A stretch of 64,000 nt of DNA, taken from Lentisphaeria bacterium (GTDB lineage: Bacteria > Verrucomicrobiota > Lentisphaeria > JABSQK01 > JAWLHB01). Under the pieces are notes generated by a model, which saw only the letters and a list, made by a program, of their open reading frames with translations, had not been told where the DNA came from and did not search any database. The position numbers and the translations under genes are program-made. Shown in pieces: positions 40,428 to 49,423 of the stretch; the first letter of the stretch is position 1; each line of letters starts with the position of its first letter. The stretch is from contig JAWLHB010000013.1 in the NCBI GenBank assembly GCA_041690595.1, forward strand, positions 62,001 through 126,000, in the 5' to 3' direction.

Positions 40428-43180
40428 AGATAACCATCGCTTTGCTACTGCTTCTCGGCTCGTGCACCCTGGCGGCGGAGTTTCGTCCTTCGGAGCGGGG
40501 CATCACGATTGTGACGGAGCGCTATGAGATTGTCTGGCGGGATGGCGCGGCCCACGAGATCAGTACGCTGCTGCCGCGGCGGCAACTGCTGACGCTGCCG
40601 GACGGGGGCATGAGCGCCGCCGAGTTACCGGTGGGCATGGGCTCGTTTCATGGGCAGGCGAAGGAAGAGTGCATGCAGAACCGGATCCTCTACGGACTGG
40701 ATCTGGAGAAAGAAGCGCCAGCTTATCCCGCGCAGTTCGCACCCGGGGAGTCGAGCCGGCTAACCGTGGAAGAGATACCGAATGGACGACGACTGACGTA
40801 TTCGGGGTTGGGCAGCGACACGAGTGCCACCCTTGTTCAGGAGTTGACGGTCGAGCCGGCGACAGGGGAACTGCTGATGCGGCAGCGGGCCCGCAGTGAG
40901 AATCCGGGGCTCTTCGGGATCAGCATGACGCTGCTCAACCTGCGACCGGATATCGATTTCGCGGTGCCATACTTTGGCGGCCAGCGCTTCGGAGGGAGCA
41001 TGGAAGGCAACCAGCTCGTTAGCTATTCATGGCCGCAGTTCTGGCAGGCGGGGTTGCTGGTGGGTGAGTTGCCGGAAGGGGGTTCCTTCTTCCTGATGTC
41101 GGACGACGGCGAGCTTCGTCCCAAGTACTTCAAGCTCTATCATACGGATGCGCGGCAGGGTCTGAGCGTGCAGCATTCACCGGAGGGACCGTACGATGAG
41201 GTGCGGGAGATCGAGGTGGCGCCGTGGCGCTTCAACACCTTTGGGGGCAACTGGCTGGAGCCGGCGATGCGTTACCGCGCCTGGCTGACGGAGACGTATG
41301 ACCTGAAGCCGATGACGGAGCGGCCGGTGACCTGGTTCGACCAGATCGCGCTGGCGTATGCGGCGTATCCGTCAATCACGGCGTTGGAGACGTTGGCGAA
41401 GAAGATTGATCCGAAGCACATTCTGGTGATCGATCTGGGATGGGCGGAAGGCTTCAACCGCAAGGCGCCGCTCTACACCCCGCGCAGCAAGAACTACCGG
41501 GAATCGGTGGATGCCGCGCATGCGCTGGGCGTTCGCCTGGGGGTGTATACAAGCATGAAACTGGTCGATCATCATGCGCATCCCTTGATGATGCACGAGA
41601 TGGGGGTGACCTATTTTTACGATGCCTTGAACAGCGATCCGCCGCCACCGCCGGCGCCGGTTGTAGAGGCACCCGACCGTCACTTTCTGGCGTACATCCA
41701 TCCCGGAAGCAACCGCTGGATAGACTTCTACAGCGACGTGATGGTGGATCTGCAGAATCGCTATGACCTCGACCTGCTGTATCAGGATGTGTCCGGGGGG
41801 CAGCGCGGCAGCGCCGGGGTGATCGACGGGCGCGGTCTGCACCAGGGAACGGTGGCCTGCGATGCCGCGATTCAGCGCAAGCTGCCGACGACGGCACTTG
41901 GCGGCGAATACTGGTCGGAGGTGATGATCGCCGGTGGTGAGGTGATGGGGCTGCAGAACATGATGTCGTGGTTTGGCGAGGGGCATCAGGAGCGGCTGGC
42001 TCGTCACGCGCACCCGATCCAGTCAGCGATATTTGCGCCGTTCAGCACCTACATGACCTACAAGACGCCGATGCGCAGTGGCGCCAAGTTTCACTACGAC
42101 CAGAACCAGATCGAGGCGATGGGGGCGATCCCTACCTGGAAGGGGGCTGCTGACGAGCGTGGCGGCGAGGCGGACATTGTCCTCAGCCGCGCGAAGCTTC
42201 TGGCGGAAGGCTTTCGGCCGCATTTCCCCGAGGCGTGGGCGGCCAACGTGTCGGGCTACCTTCGGCACCCGGACGGGCGGATCATTCGCTACGAGCGCGA
42301 CGGGTTGAGTTCATTTTGCTATGAGGGCGAGGCGCTGCGCTATGCGCGGATAACCGGGAGATCCGCCTGGCAGGGGGCGGAGCCGGTGCATATCGATGGC
42401 TGGCATGCCTACGCAAATGGCGGCCCAATCGGGCTCGATGCGGAAAGCTGGTACTGCCTGATGCCGGGAGCGTCCACGGCTGGACGGATCACCGTACGTG
42501 AGCTGTGGGAAGGGACGTGGATCACCGGTTCGCGGGAGAGCGACACATATACCCTCATCACCTTTGGCGGCGCCGGCGACGGTGAGCTGAAGGGGGAGCT
42601 GGTGACTGATGGGACGCCTGCCGTTCGACTGGTCGAGCCGGGGCAGGTGCTGCTGGCGGCAGACGCAAGCGCACCGCTGACGGTCGTCGACGAGCCCCTG
42701 GCACTCGATGAATGGCAGAAGGTAATCGTGGCGCAGGGCCGAGTCCTGCAGGAGACGGAGTGGCATCGTCCCCCCACCCGATGGCAGCTCGGTGAAAAGA
42801 CGATGATGGGCTATACCGTCTTTCCCCCACTTGGCGGGGCTGGATCAGAGATTTCCATCGACAGCTATGTGGAGCTGCCGTCGAGCAAAGCCCTGGCGTT
42901 GCGAGTGCATCTGGGGCGCCTTGGCGGTGCGGGCGACGGCGTCCACTATGTGATCCGCGTCAATGGCCGGGAGATCTGGCGCCAGCTGAGCCCAGGGACG
43001 GAGCGTGGCTGGGAGACGGCGGTCATTCCGTTGTCCGAGTATGCAGGGAAGAGTGTGGTGCTGAGCCTGGCCGTGGACAATGGGCCGTCCGGCTTCAGCC
43101 TCAGCAACGACGCAGCCATCTGGGGAGAGCCGATGTTTGTGGAAGAGGAACCAATCACCGAAGCTCCGGCTTTGGATTAA
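40424..43180 (+). CDS. Large secreted glycoside-hydrolase-like protein with a C-terminal NPCBM-like module
   Basis: Signal peptide [17 protein letters not shown]. Barrel-like [21 protein letters not shown] segment. C-terminal GDGV..VNG..AIWGEP. ATGA-coupled to the regulator. Confidence 0.65.
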   Translation: MKITIALLLLLGSCTLAAEFRPSERGITIVTERYEIVWRDGAAHEISTLLPRRQLLTLPDGGMSAAELPVGMGSFHGQAKEECMQNRILYGLDLEKEAPAYPAQFAPGESSRLTVEEIPNGRRLTYSGLGSDTSATLVQELTVEPATGELLMRQRARSENPGLFGISMTLLNLRPDIDFAVPYFGGQRFGGSMEGNQLVSYSWPQFWQAGLLVGELPEGGSFFLMSDDGELRPKYFKLYHTDARQGLSVQHSPEGPYDEVREIEVAPWRFNTFGGNWLEPAMRYRAWLTETYDLKPMTERPVTWFDQIALAYAAYPSITALETLAKKIDPKHILVIDLGWAEGFNRKAPLYTPRSKNYRESVDAAHALGVRLGVYTSMKLVDHHAHPLMMHEMGVTYFYDALNSDPPPPPAPVVEAPDRHFLAYIHPGSNRWIDFYSDVMVDLQNRYDLDLLYQDVSGGQRGSAGVIDGRGLHQGTVACDAAIQRKLPTTALGGEYWSEVMIAGGEVMGLQNMMSWFGEGHQERLARHAHPIQSAIFAPFSTYMTYKTPMRSGAKFHYDQNQIEAMGAIPTWKGAADERGGEADIVLSRAKLLAEGFRPHFPEAWAANVSGYLRHPDGRIIRYERDGLSSFCYEGEALRYARITGRSAWQGAEPVHIDGWHAYANGGPIGLDAESWYCLMPGASTAGRITVRELWEGTWITGSRESDTYTLITFGGAGDGELKGELVTDGTPAVRLVEPGQVLLAADASAPLTVVDEPLALDEWQKVIVAQGRVLQETEWHRPPTRWQLGEKTMMGYTVFPPLGGAGSEISIDSYVELPSSKALALRVHLGRLGGAGDGVHYVIRVNGREIWRQLSPGTERGWETAVIPLSEYAGKSVVLSLAVDNGPSGFSLSNDAAIWGEPMFVEEEPITEAPALD

Positions 43181-43197
43181 CACGAGGAAGAACCATT

Positions 43198-43830
43198 ATG
43201 CAAACGCAAAGACGTTTCACCTTGATCGAGCTTCTGGTCGTCATCGCGATAATAGCCATTCTGGCGAGCATGCTGCTGCCGGCGCTGTCGCGAGCGCGGG
43301 AGAAGGCGAAGAGCAGCGGCTGTTTGAACCAGCAGAAGCAGTTGACGCTGATCAACCAGGTTTACGCGGATGAGCAGGATGGGCACATGATCGTGCCGCG
43401 CGTACCCCCGTCGTTCATGTGGGCGCAGTACTTCTATCTGTATACGCATTACTTCGACGCAAGTACGTTGCGCCTGCTGAAAGATCCGGGCCGGGAGACG
43501 GGTAAGAGCTTCAACATCTACGACGGCAATGCCTACGACTATTCGCTGAGCACCTTCATGGCGAACATCCCACGCGTACCGGCACTCAACCAGTGGGCAC
43601 AGATTCACCGCATCACCCGCGCTTCGGACACGGGTTGGCTCTTCGACTCGAGCGGCCCCTATCAGAGCCATCCTTCTGTGTGGCCGACACCCATCCGCCA
43701 CGGCAATGGCTCCAATGTCGGCTTCATCGACGGCCACTGCAGCTTCCTGCTGGCGACGGAGACGCGCTTCATTCCGCCAGCAAATTACCCGTATATGGCC
43801 TCGGCAGCCTGGCCAAACTTCGTGCAGTAA
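43198..43830 (+). CDS. Prepilin-type protein with H-X9-DG motif, pilin 4
   Basis: [56 protein letters not shown]. Confidence 0.92.
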   Translation: MQTQRRFTLIELLVVIAIIAILASMLLPALSRAREKAKSSGCLNQQKQLTLINQVYADEQDGHMIVPRVPPSFMWAQYFYLYTHYFDASTLRLLKDPGRETGKSFNIYDGNAYDYSLSTFMANIPRVPALNQWAQIHRITRASDTGWLFDSSGPYQSHPSVWPTPIRHGNGSNVGFIDGHCSFLLATETRFIPPANYPYMASAAWPNFVQ

Positions 43831-43832
43831 GG

Positions 43833-44957
43833 TCAGGCGCGGAAGGCTTGCAGCGGCAGAGCCTGGAGCTTGAGGGCGGCAAGATTGCGGCGCTGGCTTC
43901 CGGTGTTTTCGGATTCGTAATAGGTAAGGACAACCTGATCCTGATGAAAGAGGATGCTGGTGTAGCACTGGTTGTGCGAGTCGTCCTCGATGGGGGCAAG
44001 CGTCTGCCAGCTCTCCCCGCCGTCGTCGCTGACTGCGGCGGAGAGGGTGGTGCGCCAGTTCCATTCGGGCTCGTTGTAGCCGACGCCGCGTCGATTGTTG
44101 TAGATGCAGAGGAGGCGTGAGCTTTGCGGGAGGCGGCGAATGGATTGTGGCGAACAGCAGCTGACGAGGTCGGTGGCAGCCGTCAGCGGCGCCCAGGTGA
44201 GGCCGCCATCCTCTGACCAAGTGCGATACATGTAGCCGAGCGTGGTGCGCGCATAGAGCAGGATGCGGTCATCGGTCAGTTCCTCGACACCGGGTTCCTG
44301 GACGTTGTGCGCGTAGCGGCAGGCACCTAGCCATGCCTCCTGATGCTCCGGCAGGAGGCGATGGGGCGGGAGTTTGTTCTCATCTTCGATTCGCAGGCGC
44401 TGGCTGAGGTACCAACTCGCACCGTTGTCATCGGAGAGAAATGCGGCGACGCAACAGGGGACGCCGGTGGGCCGGTAGTCGCCGTCGGGATAGATGGCAA
44501 CGGGCAGGATAAGGCGACCGGATGAGAGTTGCCGCAGCCGGTCGTTGTTGACCACCAGGTACTCATCGTCGATGGAGGCATTGACCTTGACGTGGGCGCT
44601 CCAGGTGATGCCGTCGTCGGTGCTGCGGCTGAACCAGATTTCGTCTTTGTTGGCGGTGAGCTTGCGGATGAAGACCATGCCGATGGAGTCATCGTGCAGT
44701 CGTTCGAGGCTGGTGCTCATCTGGTTGAGGGCTTCGGCGGAGGGGAAGAAGATGCGTTCGTCGGAAAGGGTGCCGTCGTCGAGATCGAGGCGGCCGCCGT
44801 AGAGGTCGGCGGCATCATGATCGGCGGTGCCGCTAAAACGGCTCCAGATGCCGAAGATATCGCCATCGCTGAGGGAAACGAGGCTGCCCTCGCCGAAACG
44901 GGGTAGATCGGAGGTATTCTGAACCAGGCGATAGTGTGCTGTCGGCGTCATGACCAT
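43833..44957 (-). CDS. Sialidase-like BNR/Asp-box repeat protein
   Basis: Asp boxes STDDGITW, SDDNGASW, SEDGGLTW, SDDGGESW. Confidence 0.85.
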   Translation of the reverse strand: MVMTPTAHYRLVQNTSDLPRFGEGSLVSLSDGDIFGIWSRFSGTADHDAADLYGGRLDLDDGTLSDERIFFPSAEALNQMSTSLERLHDDSIGMVFIRKLTANKDEIWFSRSTDDGITWSAHVKVNASIDDEYLVVNNDRLRQLSSGRLILPVAIYPDGDYRPTGVPCCVAAFLSDDNGASWYLSQRLRIEDENKLPPHRLLPEHQEAWLGACRYAHNVQEPGVEELTDDRILLYARTTLGYMYRTWSEDGGLTWAPLTAATDLVSCCSPQSIRRLPQSSRLLCIYNNRRGVGYNEPEWNWRTTLSAAVSDDGGESWQTLAPIEDDSHNQCYTSILFHQDQVVLTYYESENTGSQRRNLAALKLQALPLQAFRA

Positions 44958-45132
44958 GGTCTTCCATTGGGTTGCGTTCGGAGTTGGGGGCGTCTATTCA
45001 AGCTACACGCAGCTTTACCTTGTGAACAGAGGGGGCGGCAGCTTTTTGCGGATGTCGTGTTGACTACGCGGCGCGGTTGCCTGAAAGTATTCCACAAATC
45101 AAGCATCTCAACAGCAACGGAAAGAGCCCATC

Positions 45133-46335
45133 ATGTCAGCAGCACCTGGATGGATAGCGGAAGCGATACGATTTGGAATGGATGAGGAAAGTGGCGCGGA
45201 AGTGGAGCAGTTGACCAGCGAGCCGGTCACCAGCACCAACATCTACTGCGAACAACGCTACACCTCCGCGGATGGGCATCGCATCGCCCTGTCGCGCGCC
45301 CCTTTTGGCCAACCGATGGAGCTGTGGGTGTGCGACCTGCGCTCGTTGCGGCTGCAGCGAATCGGGCAGGGTAATCCGATTGGGGCCAATGCGCTTCGCG
45401 ATGCGATCTACTATGTGGACGGTGCGGGGGAATCGCCCAGGCTGATGCGCCTGAACCTGAAGGAGCTGACCAGCGAAATGCTCTTCAGCTTTGGTACCAG
45501 CGTGATGCCGAAGTCGGGGACGGTATCCCCGGATGAAAGGTGCTTTGTCGGGGGGCCCTTTCCCGTACGGGAGCATCTTTACAGCCTGCATCGGATCGAC
45601 ATGGGAAGCGGCAGGAGCGAGACGTTGTGCGAGATCGAGGACATGTTCAATCCCCATGTACAGTTCGATCCGTCGACGGGAGAGCAGCTTCTGGTGCAGA
45701 TCAATCGCGCGGGGCGGGCCGACCTGACGACAGGCGGCCGAGCGTTGAGCGGGCCGCTCGGGGCGACGCTGTGCGTGGTGGATGTCGGCACTGGCAAGGT
45801 GACGCCGTTGCCGGTGGGACGGCCCCATACACCGCCGATCACCGGGCATGAATGCTGGGTGGGGATGACGGGGGAGGTGCTCTTCACGGCCGGGCATTAT
45901 GCGGTCAGCCGCAGCGCCTTCGTGACGTATGGCGAAGCGCCGGAGGCGGAACGCAAGATGCCGTCGGGGGCAGTGTGGGCAATCAAGCCGGGCGAAGCGC
46001 GGGCGCGAGTCGTGGCTCGGGGCAAGCTGTGGAATCACCTTGCGGCCTCCGATGACGGGCGCTTCTTCATCGGGGACGATCACCTTACTGGCCGCATCCA
46101 TATCGGCAGCATCGCGACGGGTTGCTCTCTGGGGCTATGCGATTCGCAGACGCGCCAAGGCCTCTGCCAGCACAGCCATGTTCATGCCTACATGACGCCC
46201 GACAACGGCCACGTGATCTTCAATTCGATCGTTACCGGGGTCGCGCAGGTTTACGCGGCGCGTGTGCCGGAAGGCTTCCTCGACAAGGTGCTGAGCCTGA
46301 AGGGCGATCCGGTGTCAGGTGCAGATGGGGGTTGA
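45133..46335 (+). CDS. Oligogalacturonate lyase (PL22)-like beta-propeller protein
   Basis: D..SG..V.QLT N-terminus, HVQF, GHECW, HVHAYMTPD..VIFNS..G..QVY C-terminus. Confidence 0.65.
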   Translation: MSAAPGWIAEAIRFGMDEESGAEVEQLTSEPVTSTNIYCEQRYTSADGHRIALSRAPFGQPMELWVCDLRSLRLQRIGQGNPIGANALRDAIYYVDGAGESPRLMRLNLKELTSEMLFSFGTSVMPKSGTVSPDERCFVGGPFPVREHLYSLHRIDMGSGRSETLCEIEDMFNPHVQFDPSTGEQLLVQINRAGRADLTTGGRALSGPLGATLCVVDVGTGKVTPLPVGRPHTPPITGHECWVGMTGEVLFTAGHYAVSRSAFVTYGEAPEAERKMPSGAVWAIKPGEARARVVARGKLWNHLAASDDGRFFIGDDHLTGRIHIGSIATGCSLGLCDSQTRQGLCQHSHVHAYMTPDNGHVIFNSIVTGVAQVYAARVPEGFLDKVLSLKGDPVSGADGG

Positions 46336-48435
46336 AGCGGAGATGGTGCGCCATTCCGGCGGCAGGTGACACTCGACGATCTGGCCATCGCGAAGCATCA
46401 TGTCGATCTCACCGTCGGCGCATGGCAGGCGCAGGTGGGCATGAGCGATGCGGTGGAGGGGAGCGGCGAGGGTGACGGTGCGATGGCGGGCGGAGATATC
46501 GCGAATGCCGCCGACGAGGCGAGGCAGCCAGTAGACGGGGAGGCCGCCGATGCCCTGGCAGAAGGCGCGGCTGGAGCCGTCGGGGATGTGGCGCGCCTCC
46601 CAGAAGGTGGTATGACCGGCTTCCATCATGGGTGCAAAGGTGTCGTTGATGAGGGTCATGGCGGCGGCAGACCAGCCCTTTCCGACGAGGGCCTTGACGG
46701 TGAGGAAGAGGTACATGACGTCGCTGATGGCGCGATGCTCTTTGGCGGCCCGTGCAACAGGCTCGAGGTCGCAGTCGATACCACCGAGGCTGGCAGCTAC
46801 CAGGGCATGCTCACCGGGTGCGTCCGCCAGCGCATCGGTGAGGGCGGGAGCGAGTTCCCGATACCGTGCATCGCAGTGCTGGGCATCCTCTTCTCGGCCG
46901 ACCTGGCGCAGGAGAGCGGCCGCGGTGCGCAACGCCATGGCATAGAGGCCGTTGAGGGTGAGGCGGGCAGCTTCGCCGGTGAGTTGGACCTCGTCGACCT
47001 GCCAGTCGATGAAGTTCCAGAGGACGCCGCCGGGGGCGCCTTCCCAGCCCCATCTTTCTTCGACGGTGAGGAGGTGGTCCTGGCCAAGCATGGGCTCGAA
47101 CCAGGCGAGGGCATCGACGATGGCGGCGGCGTGTTCCTGGATGATGGAGCGGTCGCGGGTGTGCTCGACGTATTCGCCAATGGATTCGATCCAGAGGAGG
47201 GTCCAGGCGGGGATGATCTGATCCCAGCACCATGGGCCGCCAGACTGAATGGCGCCGTCCTCCCGCCGCCCCTGGCGATAGTGCCGGAGGAACTGGCGCC
47301 AGAGGGCCAGATCGCCAAAGCAGGCATAGCCATAGAGGGACTGCATGTAGCCGTCGCCGCCATACTGCTGCCGCTCGCGGGTGCAGTTGTCCATGTACGT
47401 GTCGAACATGCAGAGTCTGGCGGTGAGGCGGGCACCTTCCCAGCAGGCATCGAGCCAGGGATCGCTGGTCTGAAAGATGGCGCGATCGATGGTCGCGTAG
47501 GTGATTTCGTGGGGGATGATGCGGATATCGCGGGGGGCGGCGAGGGCTGGGTTCCAGGCGAGGCGCAGATAACGGAAGCCGCGGATAGTGAAGCTGCCGC
47601 GCCAACGATTCCGCCCTGCCTGTAGTTGCAGGTGGTCGACGGTGCAGTTGACGCCACCATGATCGCCGATGAAGGCGCCCTTCTCGAAGCGATCGCCGTA
47701 GTGAATTTCCAGTTGAAGGGGGGTATCGACATCCAGGCTGAGGTCGATGATGGCGGCGACGATGCGGCCGGCGTCAAAGATCATCTCGCCCGGTGCCGAG
47801 CTGAGGAGGGTCATGGGGGGCAGCGGCTGCTCGCGCAGGGGGGGAATCTGGCGCGGCTGAAGGATGGAACGTTCACGGGCGGCTTCCGGAACAGGGAGGG
47901 CCGGTTGCCAGGCGGCATCCGAGCCGAGCTGCCAGACCCGGGGCTGCCAGCGGGCGAGATCGACCCACTCGTTGAAGCCGTTGTAGAGGCTGATTTGGGA
48001 GCTTTCGGGATCCCAGGCGGCAAGATCGAGCGCCTGCCATGGGGCCACGCCGGTGCTCAGCGGCTGGTCGCCGAGGCTGCCGACGAGGAGGAAGCCGGGT
48101 GGGCTCTGCTGATAGCCCCCTACCCTGGCGCCATAGTAATGGACAAGCGCAGAGATGACATTGCGGCCGGGCTGGAGCCACGGGCGCAGATCATGGCGAT
48201 CCATGCCCGCATGACCGGCCCACTCACGCACGGGGCCGCGGCCGAGACAGTGGCCGTTGACAAAGAGCTGGTAGAGCGTGCCGGCGCTCACGTCGACGGA
48301 GACGACATCGGGCAGCGTCTCAGGCAGGAGACGATCCACGACCAGGCGCAAGGCGACATACTGGTTGGGGCGTCCGTCGCCGGTCCATACCCATTGACGG
48401 TTTCTACCTGTATCTGCCGACATCTGCTTCGCCAT
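46315..48435 (-). CDS. Alpha-L-rhamnosidase-like glycoside hydrolase (GH78)
   Basis: YQLFVNG..GRGP, GFRY, DNCTRERQQYGGD, FIDW, GHTTFWE. Confidence 0.82.
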   Translation of the reverse strand: MAKQMSADTGRNRQWVWTGDGRPNQYVALRLVVDRLLPETLPDVVSVDVSAGTLYQLFVNGHCLGRGPVREWAGHAGMDRHDLRPWLQPGRNVISALVHYYGARVGGYQQSPPGFLLVGSLGDQPLSTGVAPWQALDLAAWDPESSQISLYNGFNEWVDLARWQPRVWQLGSDAAWQPALPVPEAARERSILQPRQIPPLREQPLPPMTLLSSAPGEMIFDAGRIVAAIIDLSLDVDTPLQLEIHYGDRFEKGAFIGDHGGVNCTVDHLQLQAGRNRWRGSFTIRGFRYLRLAWNPALAAPRDIRIIPHEITYATIDRAIFQTSDPWLDACWEGARLTARLCMFDTYMDNCTRERQQYGGDGYMQSLYGYACFGDLALWRQFLRHYRQGRREDGAIQSGGPWCWDQIIPAWTLLWIESIGEYVEHTRDRSIIQEHAAAIVDALAWFEPMLGQDHLLTVEERWGWEGAPGGVLWNFIDWQVDEVQLTGEAARLTLNGLYAMALRTAAALLRQVGREEDAQHCDARYRELAPALTDALADAPGEHALVAASLGGIDCDLEPVARAAKEHRAISDVMYLFLTVKALVGKGWSAAAMTLINDTFAPMMEAGHTTFWEARHIPDGSSRAFCQGIGGLPVYWLPRLVGGIRDISARHRTVTLAAPLHRIAHAHLRLPCADGEIDMMLRDGQIVECHLPPEWRTISASTPICT

Positions 48436-48573
48436 CGCGTGATCTCCGTTTGTTGTGGCTGTTGCCGCGAGTTTGGCCTCAATATCCGGCTTGGTACCGG
48501 CGACGTCAACCGGTGGCGGTGAATTGGTGGTTCAAGGCCATACTGGTCAGGCTGGGAAATCTTCAGAACTGCA

Positions 48574-48626
48574 TTGACATCTGTGGACATAGGCGGGATA
48601 GTAGGCATGAATACGACATCGATGTC
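48574..48626 (+). promoter_or_regulatory. Putative promoter/operator of the Ehr operon
   Basis: TTGACA at 48574, GACAT repeats at 48576 and 48586, perfect palindrome GACATCGATGTC at 48615-48626. Confidence 0.4.
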
Positions 48627-48736
48627 CTGATTTGAGTCATGATGCCGGTGGATGTGGGCGGCAGATTTTCCCAAGCGTAGCGGCAGGGAGGGCCCGATCG
48701 GTGAAGGACGATGCAGCGATACAAGCGGAGGCGTGT

Positions 48737-49423
48737 ATGCAATTATCCGTGAAGGATGCGGCGCGACTGTTGGTGGTGTCGGAGAAGACGATTTACCGAT
48801 GGATCAAGCAGGAGATCATTCCGGCGTACCGGATCAACGAGCAGTTCCGCTTCAACCGTTCGGAGCTACTGGAGTGGGCGACGTCGCGCCGGATCCAGAT
48901 TTCGCCCGAGGTTTTCGCGGAGGCGGAGACCAGCAGTACACCGCTGCCCAGCCTGGCGCAGGCGCTGACCGCCGGCGGGGTCGTGTATCGGCTGGAGGGT
49001 CGGGACAAGCAGTCGATGCTGCGGGCGATGGTGGAGGTGATGAAGCTGCCGGAAGAGGTAGACCGGGAGTTTCTGTACCAGGTTCTGCTGGCGCGGGAGA
49101 TGCTGGGATCGACGGGTATCGGGGATGGGATCGCGCTGCCGCACGTGCGCAACCCGATAGTCCTGCATGTGAACAAGCCGACGGTGACGCTTTGCTTTCT
49201 GGAGCACCCGATTGACTTCGGCGCGCTGGATGGGCAGAAGGTGCGGGTCTTGTTCGCGCTGATCAGTCCGACGGTGCGGGCGCACCTGCACCTGCTGTCG
49301 CGGCTTGGCTTCGTGCTGCGCGATGCGAACTTTAAGGCGGCGGTGCTGCGCGAGGCGTCGCGCGAGGAGCTGATGGCGGCGCTGGTGGCGGCGGAACGTG
49401 AGCTGGGGGGAACGGAGAATTGA
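48737..49423 (+). CDS. Excisionase-type HTH fused to a PTS EIIA (Ntr/fructose-type) domain
   Basis: LSVKDAARLLVVSEKTIYRW..RF.RSELLEW HTH. RE..GSTGIGDGIALPH phospho-His motif. GGAGG RBS. Confidence 0.88.
   Translation: MQLSVKDAARLLVVSEKTIYRWIKQEIIPAYRINEQFRFNRSELLEWATSRRIQISPEVFAEAETSSTPLPSLAQALTAGGVVYRLEGRDKQSMLRAMVEVMKLPEEVDREFLYQVLLAREMLGSTGIGDGIALPHVRNPIVLHVNKPTVTLCFLEHPIDFGALDGQKVRVLFALISPTVRAHLHLLSRLGFVLRDANFKAAVLREASREELMAALVAAERELGGTEN

Noticed and set aside
48737..48900. Excisionase as evidence of a prophage or ICE
   Set aside because: The HTH is fused to PTS IIA. No integrase, att site or phage genes nearby.
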